A stretch of DNA of 63,883 nucleotides, filler included, from Olpidium bornovanus S191 (taxonomy: Eukaryota; Fungi; Olpidiomycota), in the NCBI GenBank assembly GCA_017911155.1. It is 32 parts of 32 records of this genome, joined end to end, with 100 filler letters (N's around TTAATTAATTAA, not from the genome) between each part and the next. Parts side by side here need not be neighbours in the genome. Positions count along the whole stretch, not along the records: positions 37,108 to 38,515 come from JAEFCI010011231.1; positions 38,616 to 40,365 come from JAEFCI010002562.1; positions 40,466 to 41,930 come from JAEFCI010003178.1; positions 42,031 to 43,971 come from JAEFCI010009845.1; positions 44,072 to 46,484 come from JAEFCI010011085.1; positions 46,585 to 49,047 come from JAEFCI010011963.1; positions 49,148 to 50,590 come from JAEFCI010011404.1; 25 more parts are not named here. One strand, given 5' to 3'. The notes under the pieces were generated by a model that saw only the letters and a list, made by a program, of their open reading frames with translations, was not told where the DNA came from and did no database searches. Positions 37,008-49,182 of this stretch are shown one piece after another. Every line of letters starts with the position of its first letter. Position 1 is the first letter of the stretch. The position numbers and the translations under genes were made by a program.

Positions 37008-37871
37008 NNNNNNNNNNNNNNNNNNNNNNNNNNNNNNNNNNNNNNNNNNNNTTAATTAATTAANNNNNNNNNNNNNNNNNNNNNNNNNNNNNNNNNNNNN
37101 NNNNNNNACGGCAGCCACTGCTATAACGGCACTCCCAGTATTACAGCAACTTTTGTGTTGGGGACATTTGTCCTCGCCTTGTATCCCTCCTCCTTGGCAG
37201 CATTTTGGCAATAACAGCAACATCCATGATTCATACTCTGCCGACTTCACGTTTTCCAATTCTCAATTCTCGTTTTTTTTTGGTTTTGTTTTTGTGGAAA
37301 GGGGTGGGGGGGGGGTGATCTTCGTTTCGGGGGACACATGCGAAAACAATTTGCAAAGGGGGAACACATAAAGAATAATTTAACATGGTTAATTCCCCTG
37401 GGCGACGCCCCGAAAGGGGGTGTTTGGGTCTAACGCGAGGCGTCCGGAAACAAGCTATTGGGCAGCGAGAGGGATTTTTTGCCCACAACCTGCCCGTTAT
37501 AATCAGACGACGGTCGGTGGCGAGTGGTGTCCCTTTCGCGCGTGTTCCCCCGACACGAAAGTCCCCATTTTTCTTTTGGGCACACTCTGCTTTGCTTATC
37601 TTCCCTTCCGTCTCCCGTCTCCGTCCCGTCCCTCGCAAACCGGGGGAGGGGATGAGGGGAAAGAGGGAGGAGGAGGAGGATGGGGGAGGCAGGGGAGAAA
37701 CGTCGGCGGGCGCATAAAAAGAGAGGAACGCGGGGCGGTCCTCCGGCGAGGCGTGCCGTCGACAGCCTGTCCTTTTCCTTTCTGCCGAAACCCCCTGGAA
37801 CGTCCTTAGACCTCCCTCCCAACCCCTAATTCCTCCTCTCCAGCCCGCGGCGATGTCCAATCTTCCCGCAG

Positions 37872-38270
37872 TGCTCGAGCTCGGCGGAGCCCTCCCGCGG
37901 CGGCGTGGAACTTGCCGCCGAGCCACGTGTGGCTCGCCGAAGCCTTCGGCCCGCGCTACTCGGGTCTGCCGCGGGACACTGACGCTTGGGCGGAGGGCAA
38001 CGACAGCGACCACGTGCCCTACTTATTCGAATCTGTCGACTGCGCGCCGCTCCCGGTGGCCATGACCGAGCAGGAGTTCGCTGTGGCAAGCGAGCTGCCA
38101 GTCCCTGTCTCCTGCAGCAGGGTGGTCGACTTGGTCAGGTACGATCGACCCGTCGTGGCCGTCGCCGAGGAGGCCATAATTTCCGCCATCGGCAAACCCA
38201 ACCCCGGAGCCGAATTTCGCAAAATCGCGGAGTGTCCGGCCTGCGGCCTTTCCATGCACTTCGACACGAT
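37872..38270 (+). CDS. Unassigned exon with a CPACG zinc-ribbon-like motif
   Basis: Globular-looking frame WNLPPSHVWLAEAFGPRY..IAECPACGLSMHFDT; family not recognised. Confidence 0.35.
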
Positions 38271-38409
38271 GTATGCCGGGGGGAAAGGCGAAAGAAAGGG
38301 TTGGACTTTGCCCGTGGTTCTTTTTTTGCCGTTCGCTTGGGTTTGTTTTGTTTCTGCGGGCATGCTTTCTTCTTCCCGTCCAAGGGGATGTTGACCCTTT
38401 TGTATCCGT

Positions 38410-38470
<61 letters not shown>

Positions 38471-38709
38471 ACCACCCCCCACCCCCCCCCCCCCCACCCC
38501 CCCCCGCCGCCCAACNNNNNNNNNNNNNNNNNNNNNNNNNNNNNNNNNNNNNNNNNNNNTTAATTAATTAANNNNNNNNNNNNNNNNNNNNNNNNNNNNN
38601 NNNNNNNNNNNNNNNACCTTGCCGAGCACTGAAAATGCCGGCGAAAAAAACGAAAACAGAAAAAAAAGCAAAGCCGGCGCGAAAAGTCTGCGCGCGCTGC
38701 GCGCCTTAC

Positions 38710-39298
38710 GTCGCCCGCGCGTAACCTTCGGCCATGTGGCCAGCTCCTTGCTCGTGCCGCGGCAGGACGAAGTTGAAGTGCGAGCTGTTGTAGATGGCGT
38801 CGAAGACGGGCAAGATGGCTCCTCCTGGATACCCGAAAACGTGACGAACGTCGTGGCGCAACATCATTTCGTGAAAAATTTGGCCGCCGGAAAGGCCGAC
38901 AAAGGATGCGTCCGTTCCCGGCTTGAACGAGGGTTTCCGGTAAGCGGGAAGAGGTCCAGACAGAGGGGGCATCGGTGGGCGTTTTGAAATTTCGGTTGGC
39001 GCGAGTATAGAGCTTTCGATAGCGGCAGACGATTTGAGAAACTTAGCGCAAAATCCTGCCCGCTTTTGATATACGGGGTGGGAGAACGAAGTTCCCACTG
39101 GTTCGCCAGGCCTTACTTTTCAGTCGCGACGGCGGTCTCCGCCGCGACAGCCGGAGCCAACGCCGGAGCCGAAGACGAGGAGCTTCGCCGCTGCGAGAGG
39201 TGTACAAACGCAGGAGCGGCCCGCGCCGGCTGCGCATACGTCGCTGTAATTCCGACGCCCGCTGCGGCGCGAGCCCGACACGCCCGGAGAATGAGCAT
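38710..39298 (-). CDS. ILV2: Acetolactate synthase large subunit, 5' part
   Basis: Mitochondrial-type presequence exon 39298-39117. Exon 2 has SFVGLSGGQIFHEMM..VFGYPGGAILPVFDAIY..PRHEQGAGHMAEGYARA. Confidence 0.97.
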
Positions 39299-40028
39299 TT
39301 TGTTCTCGCGCGTCGCCGCGGGTCGGTATAAAATTCACTGTCGCAGAGATCCAAGCCGGGCGTCAGCGGCGGGACCACGGGCGAGCCGCCCACGGGCGCG
39401 GGGCACCGCCGGCCGGCCAAATACGAAACATTTCGTTCCTTGCAGATCATACGCACGGGCAGGCAAGTTTCGGTGCCGGAGGGAACCCAGCCGCGGGTCT
39501 CAGATGCCCGCGACGCAATACCGAGCCGCGACAGGCCGGGACGGATGGGAACGACTCGTTTCCCTTCTTTGATCACTATTTTGCAGAGGAGTTCGGGGTC
39601 AGCAACCGCATAGCGAACGAGCAAGCGTCCAGCGCTGTCCCCGCACTCTGCACGAGCGCGGCGCATGTCGCTCCAGGAGAAGGGCATAAACGGAAGAGAA
39701 AAAGAAAAAAAATAAGAAAGAAAACAGAAAACCAAAAAAAAAACCGGGCACACGCCTTTTCGGTTCGGGTGTTTTATCTGACCGGGCCGGCACAAGCGCA
39801 AGCCGTCCGCTAGCGGCACAGAAGAGCCGTGACCGGGCGGGGGGGGGGGGGGGGGGGGGGGGGGGAGGGGGGGTTTCGAACGGGGAAAACTTGGTGTTTT
39901 AGTTTCCTTTTTTTTTCTTCGTCTTCTTTTTCCCCCTCCTATTACCGGCGGCTGGGCAGTACTTTCGCAATCTGGCCGGGCGCCTTTTTTTTCACTGTGA
40001 GCTCCAACAGGTTGACGGGCGAGATGGG

Positions 40029-40039
40029 AAGAGAGAGAG

Positions 40040-40099
<60 letters not shown>

Positions 40100-40196
40100 G
40101 GGGTGTGTGTGTGTGTGTGTGCGCGCGCGTTTTGCGCGTTGTGTGAGTGTGTTCGTGTGTGTGCGTGTGTGTGTGTGTGTGTGTGGGTGTGTGTGT
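40029..40196. repeat. Compound (GA)n / (GT)n microsatellite
   Basis: Long (GA)n run up to about 40092, followed by interrupted (GT)n. Other (GA)n runs lie near 20656-20710 and 27470-27542. Confidence 0.85.
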
Positions 40197-40238
40197 TGTG
40201 GGGCGGGGTTTTTTCCTTTTTTTCTTTTTTTCTTTTTT

Positions 40239-40273
<35 letters not shown>

Positions 40274-41647
40274 CCCCCCCGGGGGGGGGGGGGGGGTTTT
40301 TTGGGGGGGGGGGGGGGTGAAAAGCGCGGCGGCGGGCTTCCGTTACGGACGGGGAGAGGGAGCGGNNNNNNNNNNNNNNNNNNNNNNNNNNNNNNNNNNN
40401 NNNNNNNNNTTAATTAATTAANNNNNNNNNNNNNNNNNNNNNNNNNNNNNNNNNNNNNNNNNNNNAAAGGACGAAAGGCCGGAATCAAGGGAGAACGAAG
40501 GGAAGGCGAATGAGGGGAGTGTTGGGGCGTGGCCCCTTTCCCCCAATCCCGCTCCTCCCCCTCCCCTTCTTTGGCCTCATTCCCCGGGGGGGGGAAAAAA
40601 AGGAAGGGGGGGGGGGGGGATGGAAGAGAGGGTCAGGGGAGGGGCTGTGCCGTGCGGGCGGGGCAGAGAAGAAGAAGAAGAAGAAAAAGGGGGGTCGTCG
40701 GGCAAAAAGGGGCCAAACACAAAAATTTTAATTACACGACCCCTCCACCCAGGAACACGCAGGCAGCCCGGCACGCCAACCACTCCCCTCCTTCCCCAAG
40801 CCCCAAACAGCCCTTTCCCCCCCCCCCCCACCCATCCCCCCATCCCCTCGCTCACCGCTCCGACGGCTTTCTTGTCACCCTCTAAAATAAGGGAAAGGAA
40901 AAGGGGGGGGGGGTGGGAAGGGTTCGAGCTGCACGAAGTCTAGCATATCGCGGAACTAGGCTCTACGTATATCGTAATGTGGGTGCGAAAGGGTTCGTTT
41001 TAAAAGGTGGGTGGGGGGGGGAGAGACAGCGCGCGTGGTCAAAACAAAGCGGGGAGCAAGGGGAGGGGAGCGGGCCGGGAGACAAGGGTCGGGGAGGCGG
41101 GGAAGTGGGGGGGGGGGGGGGGAAGAAAGAAGGTTTACTTGGTCTAAAAAAACAAAAAAAGGGGTGGGGAGTCGGGGGGGATGGGGCGGGACCTCGGTGC
41201 AGGCCACGGGACCCGTGGGTGGCCTCGTCGTATCCAACCTCCGTCGGGAACGGAAAATATTAGAGCAGGGTGTGTGGGAGAGGGCAGAGATTAAGACTTC
41301 GAGGTGGAAAAGGGAGGGGGGGGGGGGGATAGGGCTTGGCCTGTTTATAAAAAAGAAGGAAAAGAGAATGCACAGCTTGTCCGGCGCAGAAACGTACCGC
41401 CTCGAAACAAAGGGGAACGAAGGACGCGCCCCGCGCGAGAAAACCACTATTCCGCTCCCGTAGTTTCCCCGCGCGACAAGGAGCCGACTTTCCTCCCTCG
41501 CAACCCGCGCAACCGTTCCGTGCCGTTGGCGGGAGGAGTGGGGCGCCCGCCGCAAGCCGCGGCCGGCCGGGCCTCCCGACTGCTGCTGCTGCTGACGACG
41601 GTGTTCTCCCGCGCCCCCCGGTCCGGGGGGCCTGCCCCCATCCTCCT

Positions 41648-41930
41648 TCAATCCTCCCGCATGGACGGATGCGGGATGCGGAAACAGCTTATGCGGAGGT
41701 GCGTGCAGAAGCGGTCGATAACCAACAGCGCCCAGTGCAGGTAGGCGAACAGGGCAAAGAGGAAATACGCGAGCAGGAACAAGTGCTCGGCGCGTGGGGT
41801 GAACATGCCCATGTTCGCCAGCGCGGCGCCGACATACAGCGGCAGCAGGAGGACCGTGAACATCGGGAAAGGCATCTTCGTCACGTGGGCGAGGATGATC
41901 TTCGTCTGCGATGGAGGTTCGGAAGTCACG
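41648..41930 (-). CDS. CPT1: Choline/ethanolamine phosphotransferase, C-terminus
   Basis: TKIILAHVTKMPFP..YLHWALLVIDRFCTHLRISCFRI; CPT1 and EPT1 cannot be told apart from this fragment. Confidence 0.8.
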
Positions 41931-42032
41931 NNNNNNNNNNNNNNNNNNNNNNNNNNNNNNNNNNNNNNNNNNNNTTAATTAATTAANNNNNNNNNNNNNN
42001 NNNNNNNNNNNNNNNNNNNNNNNNNNNNNNTC

Positions 42033-43499
42033 ATGCCCGCTTACGAACCGGGAGAGTACAAAACGGACGAGCAGGTCGCCGCCGCCGCCGGCCTCGCCGA
42101 AGAACCCCGGGAAAGCTTCCGCGCGTCGCCCGGTTCGCCCGCCCGGTCGATCGGGTCGCCGGGAATCCCGGCGCCGTACGGTCCCGACGTGATGATGATG
42201 ATGATGATGGGGGGTTCCGACGGGAGCGACGTCCCGTCTGCACGAACCCCGTCTCCGTCCCATGGCGAGGACGCGGGCCTCTGCTGGGGCTCGCCGACCA
42301 TGACGGCCTTCCTGCACTACCAGGGCTCGCCCATCTCGGAAGCCAATTCCTCGGCCGTGTTCTTCGACCTGCTGAACTCGCCGCTCGGCGACGCGGAGAT
42401 GTCCGACTGCTTTGTTTCGCCGGGCTGCGAGGACGTGGCGGGCGCCGCCGCCGCCGACCCGAACACCACCACGGACGCCTCGTCGAGGTCGCCGTCTCCC
42501 CAGCTCTCCGTCAGCCCGCATCGGTTCCCCCCGAATCCGGGCGCCTCGGCGGTCGCCGCCGCCGCCGCCGCCGAGGGAGTCGCGCCGGCCGCGCAAAACG
42601 TCGCCGGCGCTCCGGCGAAACCGGCGAAAAAGAAGGAGCACCCCGGGCCCAAAGCCCTGAACGCGGACGTCACCGGAAAGAAGTCGTTCGCGTGCGACGT
42701 CCCGGGGTGTCAGAAGGGCTTCAATCGAGCGGAACACTTAAAACGGCATTTCCATTCCATTCACCTGTGCGAAAGACGTGAGTTTCAGGGAAGGATGAGG
42801 GGGGGGGGGGAAGGGGCGGGGAAGTGGGATGTGCGTGCAAATTAATGAATATTTATTTCCAGCATTCAAATGCCCGATACCGACGTGCGGGAGGAACTTC
42901 TCGCGGTCAGACAACCTGCGCCAGCACATCCGAACGTAAGAGAAGGGCAAATCTTCGGGGTGTTTGCGTGCGTGTGCTTTCGTGCCGGAACGGAAAAAAA
43001 AAAACCGAGAGAAAAAAAGAAGCCGAGTTAAAATTACTAACCCCCCCCCTCCTCTTTCATCGCCGCCAGGCACAAGTCACCCGACAAGGCGGGAGATCCG
43101 GCGAAGAAGAAGGCGCCGGCGGCGGGAGCGGCGAAGCCGACGAAGCCGGGCGAAAAACAGGCGGCTCGGGCGGCAGCGGCGGCGGCGGCCCGGGAGCAAC
43201 GAGAAAACGCTCAGGTCCCTCCGGCGGAACAACAACAGCCCGCGCAACAACGGTCTAACCAGCAGCAGCAACAACAGCAGCTGCGGCTGCCGTATCACCT
43301 CGCGGAGGAGGAAGCGGGGCAGCAGTTCGTGCATCAGGCGGATCCGGCGCAGGGCCGCACGCCGCCGCCGCCGCCGCAACTTGGAGGAAACCTGGCGTCC
43401 GCCGCGGACTCCGCTCTCAACTATTTCGCGTTTCCGCAGTTTGATTACTCCGCCTTTCACAAGGACGGGATTGAACAAATTTACGTAGACCAGTGTTAG
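42033..43499 (+). CDS. Two-finger C2H2 transcription factor (Msn2/Msn4/Com2-like)
   Basis: Exons to 42779, 42861-42934 and 43070-43499 give FACDVPGCQKGFNRAEHLKRHFHSIH..RPFKCPIPTCGRNFSRSDNLRQHIRTH and a Q-rich tail. The start may be truncated. Confidence 0.88.
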
Positions 43500-43530
43500 A
43501 AAGAACGGGGAAAAGGCGAGAGGGGGAAGA

Positions 43531-43830
43531 AATTTTAATTATTTTTATTCGTTTTCCAACTTACCCCACTTCCCCCTCCCACCCTCGTGCCTGTTCCTCT
43601 CAAAATGATTTAGAATATTTTTTAAAACTTACTCTAATTATTTTTCTGCGCCAAATGGATTTCTGTCTCCGGTGCCAAGATTGGGTGGAAGGGGAAATTT
43701 TAATTATTTTTATTCGTTTCCCCCCCTACCCCACTTCCCCCTCCCCCTCCCCCCCCCGCGCGCCCGTTCCTCTCAAAACGATTTAGAATATTTTCTAAAA
43801 CTTACTCTAATTATTTTTTTGCGCCAAATG
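43531..43830. repeat. About 130-bp imperfect direct duplication, period about 165 bp
   Basis: AATTTTAATTATTTTTATTCGTTT...GATTTAGAATATTTT..AAAACTTACTCTAATTATTTTT..GCGCCAAATG at 43531-43657 and 43696-43830. Confidence 0.9.
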
Positions 43831-43884
43831 AATATCTGAAACGACGTTCGCGAAACACATACAGTTTTCATTTCTTTTTCTTTT

Positions 43885-43926
<42 letters not shown>

Positions 43927-44072
43927 CAAACCCCCCGTGGTCAAGAGAGGGCCGTGCTTGAAAAAGGGAAANNNNNNNNNNNNNNNNNNNNNNNNNNNNN
44001 NNNNNNNNNNNNNNNTTAATTAATTAANNNNNNNNNNNNNNNNNNNNNNNNNNNNNNNNNNNNNNNNNNNNA

Positions 44073-44790
44073 ATTAAGAGTCAAATTACAGGCCTCCTGG
44101 CGGCAGGACATACACGGCATTCGAATTTGGCGTGGGCGGCGCCAGTCCTGTTTGTGAAGAATCCAGGTTCTACAAAATTTTGAATGTGCATGGACTACCA
44201 GTAACTAAATCAACACACGGTGAAGGATTCTACACCAAAACCGAACTCTGTCAAAGGCTTCAGGGCACGAATTTCTTCACAACCCTTGAAGCATGTCAGA
44301 GTACTATCAGATCCACCTCGAGCCAATCATTGTGCCACTAACCGCCTTTAACAATCGATATGGCCATTCTAAGTGGCTGGCAATCCCATTCTGTCTCACC
44401 AACGCTCCGGGCTACATTCTCCCGCTGGGTGAACCAGGTTCTTGACAACCTCCTTGATTCGTGCATCATCGCTTGCCTGGATGACGTCCTTATATACTCG
44501 AAAACAGAGAAGGGGCATTTACAACACATCAGGGAAGTTCTGTCACGTTTAGACCAAGCATACGCAATCCTAAACCACGACAAGTCACATTTCTCACGCC
44601 CCCAGGTGGACTTCTTGGGCCACGTGATCTCCGGTGATGGCATAGGTCTCAGCCAGCCAACGTCGAGACAATTCTGGATTGGCCACAGATCCGAGACCTC
44701 CGTGACTTGAACTCCTTCTGTGAGCTGCTTAACTTCTTCAAATCCTGGATACCGGCGTATGCGGACATCCTAGCCCCATTAGTCGGTTTC
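44073..44790 (+). mobile_element. Decayed Ty3/gypsy reverse transcriptase
   Basis: WAAPVLFVK, K-F-*-MCMDYQ*LN, ATFSRWVNQVL, ACLDDVLIYSKTEKGHLQHIREVL, VDFLGHVIS; stops and frameshifts. Confidence 0.92.
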
Positions 44791-45740
44791 CGCTCCCCGT
44801 CCGTGACCTGGGGGTGGACACCCTGAAATGTTGCCGGCAAAGTGTGGCAAGGTCCGCGCCTTTTTGCCTTCCAACATCACCACCGTTGTCCGTGTCAGGG
44901 TCGGAGATGGCAAGCACGTCAATGGTGTCCGCCACGGCGCGAGTAGGGTCACCTATGCCGTCATCGTCAGACGAGGCTTCTGCGGCAGAAGGTTGGCTCG
45001 GCGGCACCGCGTTTCTCAGCGGGGTTGCTCTTCAGTTAAGCGATCTTTTCGACGGAGAAGGTCCTTTCCAACCTTTTCATCCTGTCTTCCGCCGAACCTC
45101 GCCCCCGACTCGCGCACAAAACTAATACAAAAACCGCAGAGGCCGCCTCTCAACTTCAAGTAGCTGCGACTGCAGATCTCGGTATTCCGGGTTGACGTCG
45201 GCGAGGTGACCACAGCGGACGCCGGCGACCCCAACCGAGGTTGGCGGCTCGTCGGTCACGGCACGGACGGACACACAGGAGGGAGGGCGGGAGGGAAGGA
45301 AAGAGAACGAAAAAGTGAAAACGGCAGGACGGCCTGGCGGCGCGGGCGAAGAGCACGCAGCCGGAGTGCGCGCCCCACCGAGAGCTTCGGTCGCAGTGTG
45401 TCTCGTGCTTGGCGAGCCTGCCGGCGGGCAGAGCCCTTCTGCCTACGCCACCGGCCACGAGTATGTCACGTGCACCAAGCTGAGGTCTACAGTCGTCAGC
45501 CCAAGTCAATTGGGCACTGGGGGAGGGAGGGGAGGGCGGAGCTTCTGGTCGCGTGCACAGCACAAACAGAAACGAAGAAAGAAAAACGCCGCCGCCCAGC
45601 GCAAATAAGCGGGGACCGCGCGGGTGGAAGGTGGAAAGCGGAAGGCGGAGGGCGGAGGGGCTGAAAGAGCGGGGAGGGAGAAAGGGGAAAGAAAGAAAGC
45701 GGAGGGGGGAGGGGAAAAAAAGAAAAAAGCCGCGCAAGAT

Positions 45741-46322
45741 ATGGACGTTCCGCTCTTTCCTGGCGGCGGCGCGGCGACGCGTGCTTCGTCGGGCGCAGCG
45801 ACGACAGCGGCGGCGGAGCGTCAGGCGAGCGAGAAGGCGCGGGCAGGTTCGTGCGCGTGGCGTTTCTTTTTATTTTTTTTTTCTTTTTTTTCTTTTTTTT
45901 CTTTTTTTTCTTTTCCGTTTTTCCGCGAGTTGGGATCCCTCAAACCAGGAGACAGATCCCCCGGGTTCCCTGCCGCGCGGGCTTCACAGGAAATTTTTTT
46001 TTCTTCTTTCCCGGATCCTTTTTTTTTTTTTCTTTGCTAACGGCGGTAAAGGCGCGTGTGGCGGGCGTGTGCGGGGTTGGCGGACTTGACCGTGTATTAT
46101 ATACTCCTCCCCCTGTATTCCCCATCCCCCCCCCCCACACACACACACACACATACACGCACACACACGCCCCGCCGCCCCCGCACGCGGCACTGCTTAC
46201 TTTTCGCAGGGGCCGCCGCCCTCGCGCGGACGCTCACCGGCATCGTGGACACCTCCTCGCTGGGCCTGTACCGCGTGACCGAGCACGCGCACAAGCGCGT
46301 TCCGGAAATCCTTCAGGAAAAG
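45741..46322 (+). CDS. BORCS8: BORC subunit 8 (BORCS8/MEF2BNB)-like, 3'-partial
   Basis: Exons 45741-45846 and 46210-46322. IVDTSSLGLYRVTEHAHKRVPEILQEK resembles remembered human LANEPSVALYRLQEHVRRSLPELAQHK. Confidence 0.65.
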
Positions 46323-46447
46323 GTGCGCGCAGCGCACCGGGAGTTGGCGTTTTCGCGGTTTGAGGGCGAAACGGGGGAGGAGGGCGGGGGGTGGGGGGGG
46401 GGGGGGGGCGCGGGGAGGGGGGGGGGGGGGGGGAGGGGGGGGGGGGG

Positions 46448-46484
<37 letters not shown>

Positions 46485-46586
46485 NNNNNNNNNNNNNNNN
46501 NNNNNNNNNNNNNNNNNNNNNNNNNNNNTTAATTAATTAANNNNNNNNNNNNNNNNNNNNNNNNNNNNNNNNNNNNNNNNNNNNCG

Positions 46587-46710
46587 GACACAGATGACAC
46601 CTATGTCGTTGAGCGAATTCTTTCACATCGCATACGGGACTCCGGCATAGAATACCTTGTTCACTGGAAAGGCTTCCCCGCCAGACTCCGCGCACAACTG
46701 GATTCCCCCC
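46587..46710 (+). other. Chromodomain, split by a 1-nt frameshift
   Basis: TYVVERILSHRIRDSGIEYLVHWKGFP, continuing in the shifted frame as PDSAHNWIPP; the shift falls in the C4 run at 46676-46679. Confidence 0.85.
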
Positions 46711-46785
46711 ATTCCCCCATCCCCCGACCCCAATTTCTCCCGTCCTCCGCCGACCCTTTTTCCCCACTCCCACTTCGCCGCCCGT

Positions 46786-48956
46786 ATGTACGCGTCGCCG
46801 GACTTTCGTCTTGTTGCCCGCAACACGGGCGCGGGTTCCTTCGGTTTTTTCGGTTCTTTCGCCCCCGCGCCGCCGCCGCCGCCGCCGCCGCCGCCTCCCG
46901 TCGCCTCCCCGGTGGCCGCGTTGCACTCCTGGTGGATATGCGCTCCTGCTCTCCCGGAGGGCGGCGCGCTGCCGTATTTTCCCGCCGGGCCGGCGACACT
47001 CGGCGGCGCCGGCGACCGGGCGGACGACCGCTGCTGGGGCTATTGGTGCGCCGCCTCGGCCCCGCCCGTGTTCGACGCTGCCCTCTTTGCGAGGGCCGCT
47101 CTCGCGGAGCCCTCGGAGCCGCAGCGGCCAAAGCGCCGCCGAACCGTGAAACCGAAACCGGCCGCGCCGCCGCCGCCGCCGCCGCCGGCACCGCAGATTG
47201 AGAGGGGACGACAGGGCGCCCGCGGCGCCTCGCCGGAACGCGCCGCCGCCGCCTGCTCCGCGGACTGCTGCCGCTCCTCCTCGGAGCAGAGCCCGCGGTG
47301 GACGAACAGCGGCCGGCGGACGGCCAGACCGCGGGCGCCGACGGAGACCGAAACGGCTCCTGGTCACGCCGCCGCCGCCGGCCCGCACTGCGCGAGCGCC
47401 ACGGGGCCCCGAGGTGGCGCGGCAGCGGTCGGCGGCACGCGCCTTCCGGCCGTCGCTGGCGGGACTGAAGACGACCGTCCGCTTGTTACGCGGAGCCTGC
47501 GCGGGCCGCAGGGCACGCCCGACGCGGGAGCCTTCGCGGCGGAGGACCTCAGGGAGAACAGCGGCGCCGGATCCGCCGGTGGGACTACGCCTGGTCAGGC
47601 AGACTCCGCGAGCGAAGCCCCGCGGGCAGCAGCGGCCGGCGCGACAGACGGTGTGGATTTGGCGCCGGGCGCCGGAACCCGTGCAGCCCAAGCAGCTGGC
47701 GCACCGGCCGAAGCAGCTTTGCCGCTTGGAGTGGAACAACCTGTTCCGAAGGCGAACGGAAAACGGAAAAGGCGGCGGACCATTACCACCAGCAATATAC
47801 CCGACGCTCCCACCGCCGTCGAGGTGGCCGCAAGCTCCCTTTCGGACGCCGCTGCGGCGGCCCGCCCTTCCCCGGCCCTCTCCGAGCGCGAAGTCTTTCC
47901 GGACGACGGCGGCCCGCAGGGTGACACCGACGGTTGCCCTACGGCCGAGGAAGGTTCGCCTAAGTCACCGCCCAAGGCGAAAAAATACCGGAAGTCGAGG
48001 CGCTGGACGCTTGAGGAGACGATGGCTCTTGTTCAAGCGTGCAAGAAGGTCAGCTTGCTTTAACTGTTGCCGTTAGCATTGGTGGAGCTCGGAGCGCGTG
48101 TCTGACCTAGAAAGGTTCCGCACCAGTAGCGCTAAGAGCTTTGGGCTGACCAGATAATCTCCGTTCCCCTATCCTGCAGCACGGCGTCGGCGCCTGGAGA
48201 TTGATGCTCCAAGACCCCGTGTTCAAAGGCCGGCTGCGCGGGCGGACCGCCACCAACCTCAAAGATCGATTCCGCTTCTGCTTTCCGGAAGAGCTCAGGC
48301 GCCTTTACCCTAACGAAGTTGCGCCAGCGCCAAATCACACCGATGACGCCGAGGACTCGACGCCGCAGCACCGGGGTTGCCGCACAACGTTCGCCCCCGC
48401 CACGCTCGGCGTGGACGACCTTGTCTTTTCGCGGAAAAAACGCCGCCGCAACCGGCCGTTCACGCCCCAGGAGGACGAGGCCATCCTCCGCGGCGTGCGT
48501 TTCCACGGTCCGGGAGAATGGACCGCCATTTGTCAGGACGAGGAACTCGGCCTTGGCCACCGCCTCGCGACCGACCTGCGCGACAGGTTCAGGACGGCCT
48601 ACCCGACCGAGTACGAGGCAATGGGGTACGCGCTGAAGGCGCCCAGGAGGCGCGCGGCGACGGAAGGCCTGGAGATAGGCGGCGGAAGACGGGAGGGTCC
48701 TCTTCCTCCAAATGAAGGCGGCGGAGCTGACGGGGGCAGTCCTAGCGCCGACGGCGACCAAGGGGGCGGGTACCCCGTCGACGCGCCCGTGACCTTCCAC
48801 GCGGCGTTTGGCGATCTCGACCAAGAAGAGACGTACGGCGGCGGATCGGACCGCGGCGCGTTCGCGGGCACTTTCCTTGACGACGATCAACTCTACGGCG
48901 CTCTGGAATACGGCCACTTCGGTCACAGCATGACCGCATTCCCCTCCACGGGCTAG
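46786..48956 (+). CDS. TAY1: Teb1/Tay1-like telomeric-repeat-binding protein with two Myb (telobox) domains
   Basis: Intron 48049-48179. RRWTLEETMALVQACKK/HGVGAWRLML..RTATNLKDRFR and RPFTPQEDEAILRGVRFHG..LGLGHRLATDLRDRFRTAYP. The start may lie upstream (see chromodomain). Confidence 0.9.
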
Positions 48957-49147
48957 GAGCGCTTCGACCGTGGCGATCTTTCTTTCTTCTTTCCTTTAGT
49001 GATTACAGAATTTTCCGCGCGCTTTGGTGGTCGGGCGGACCTCGAAANNNNNNNNNNNNNNNNNNNNNNNNNNNNNNNNNNNNNNNNNNNNTTAATTAAT
49101 TAANNNNNNNNNNNNNNNNNNNNNNNNNNNNNNNNNNNNNNNNNNNN

Positions 49148-49180
<33 letters not shown>

Positions 49181-49182
49181 CA

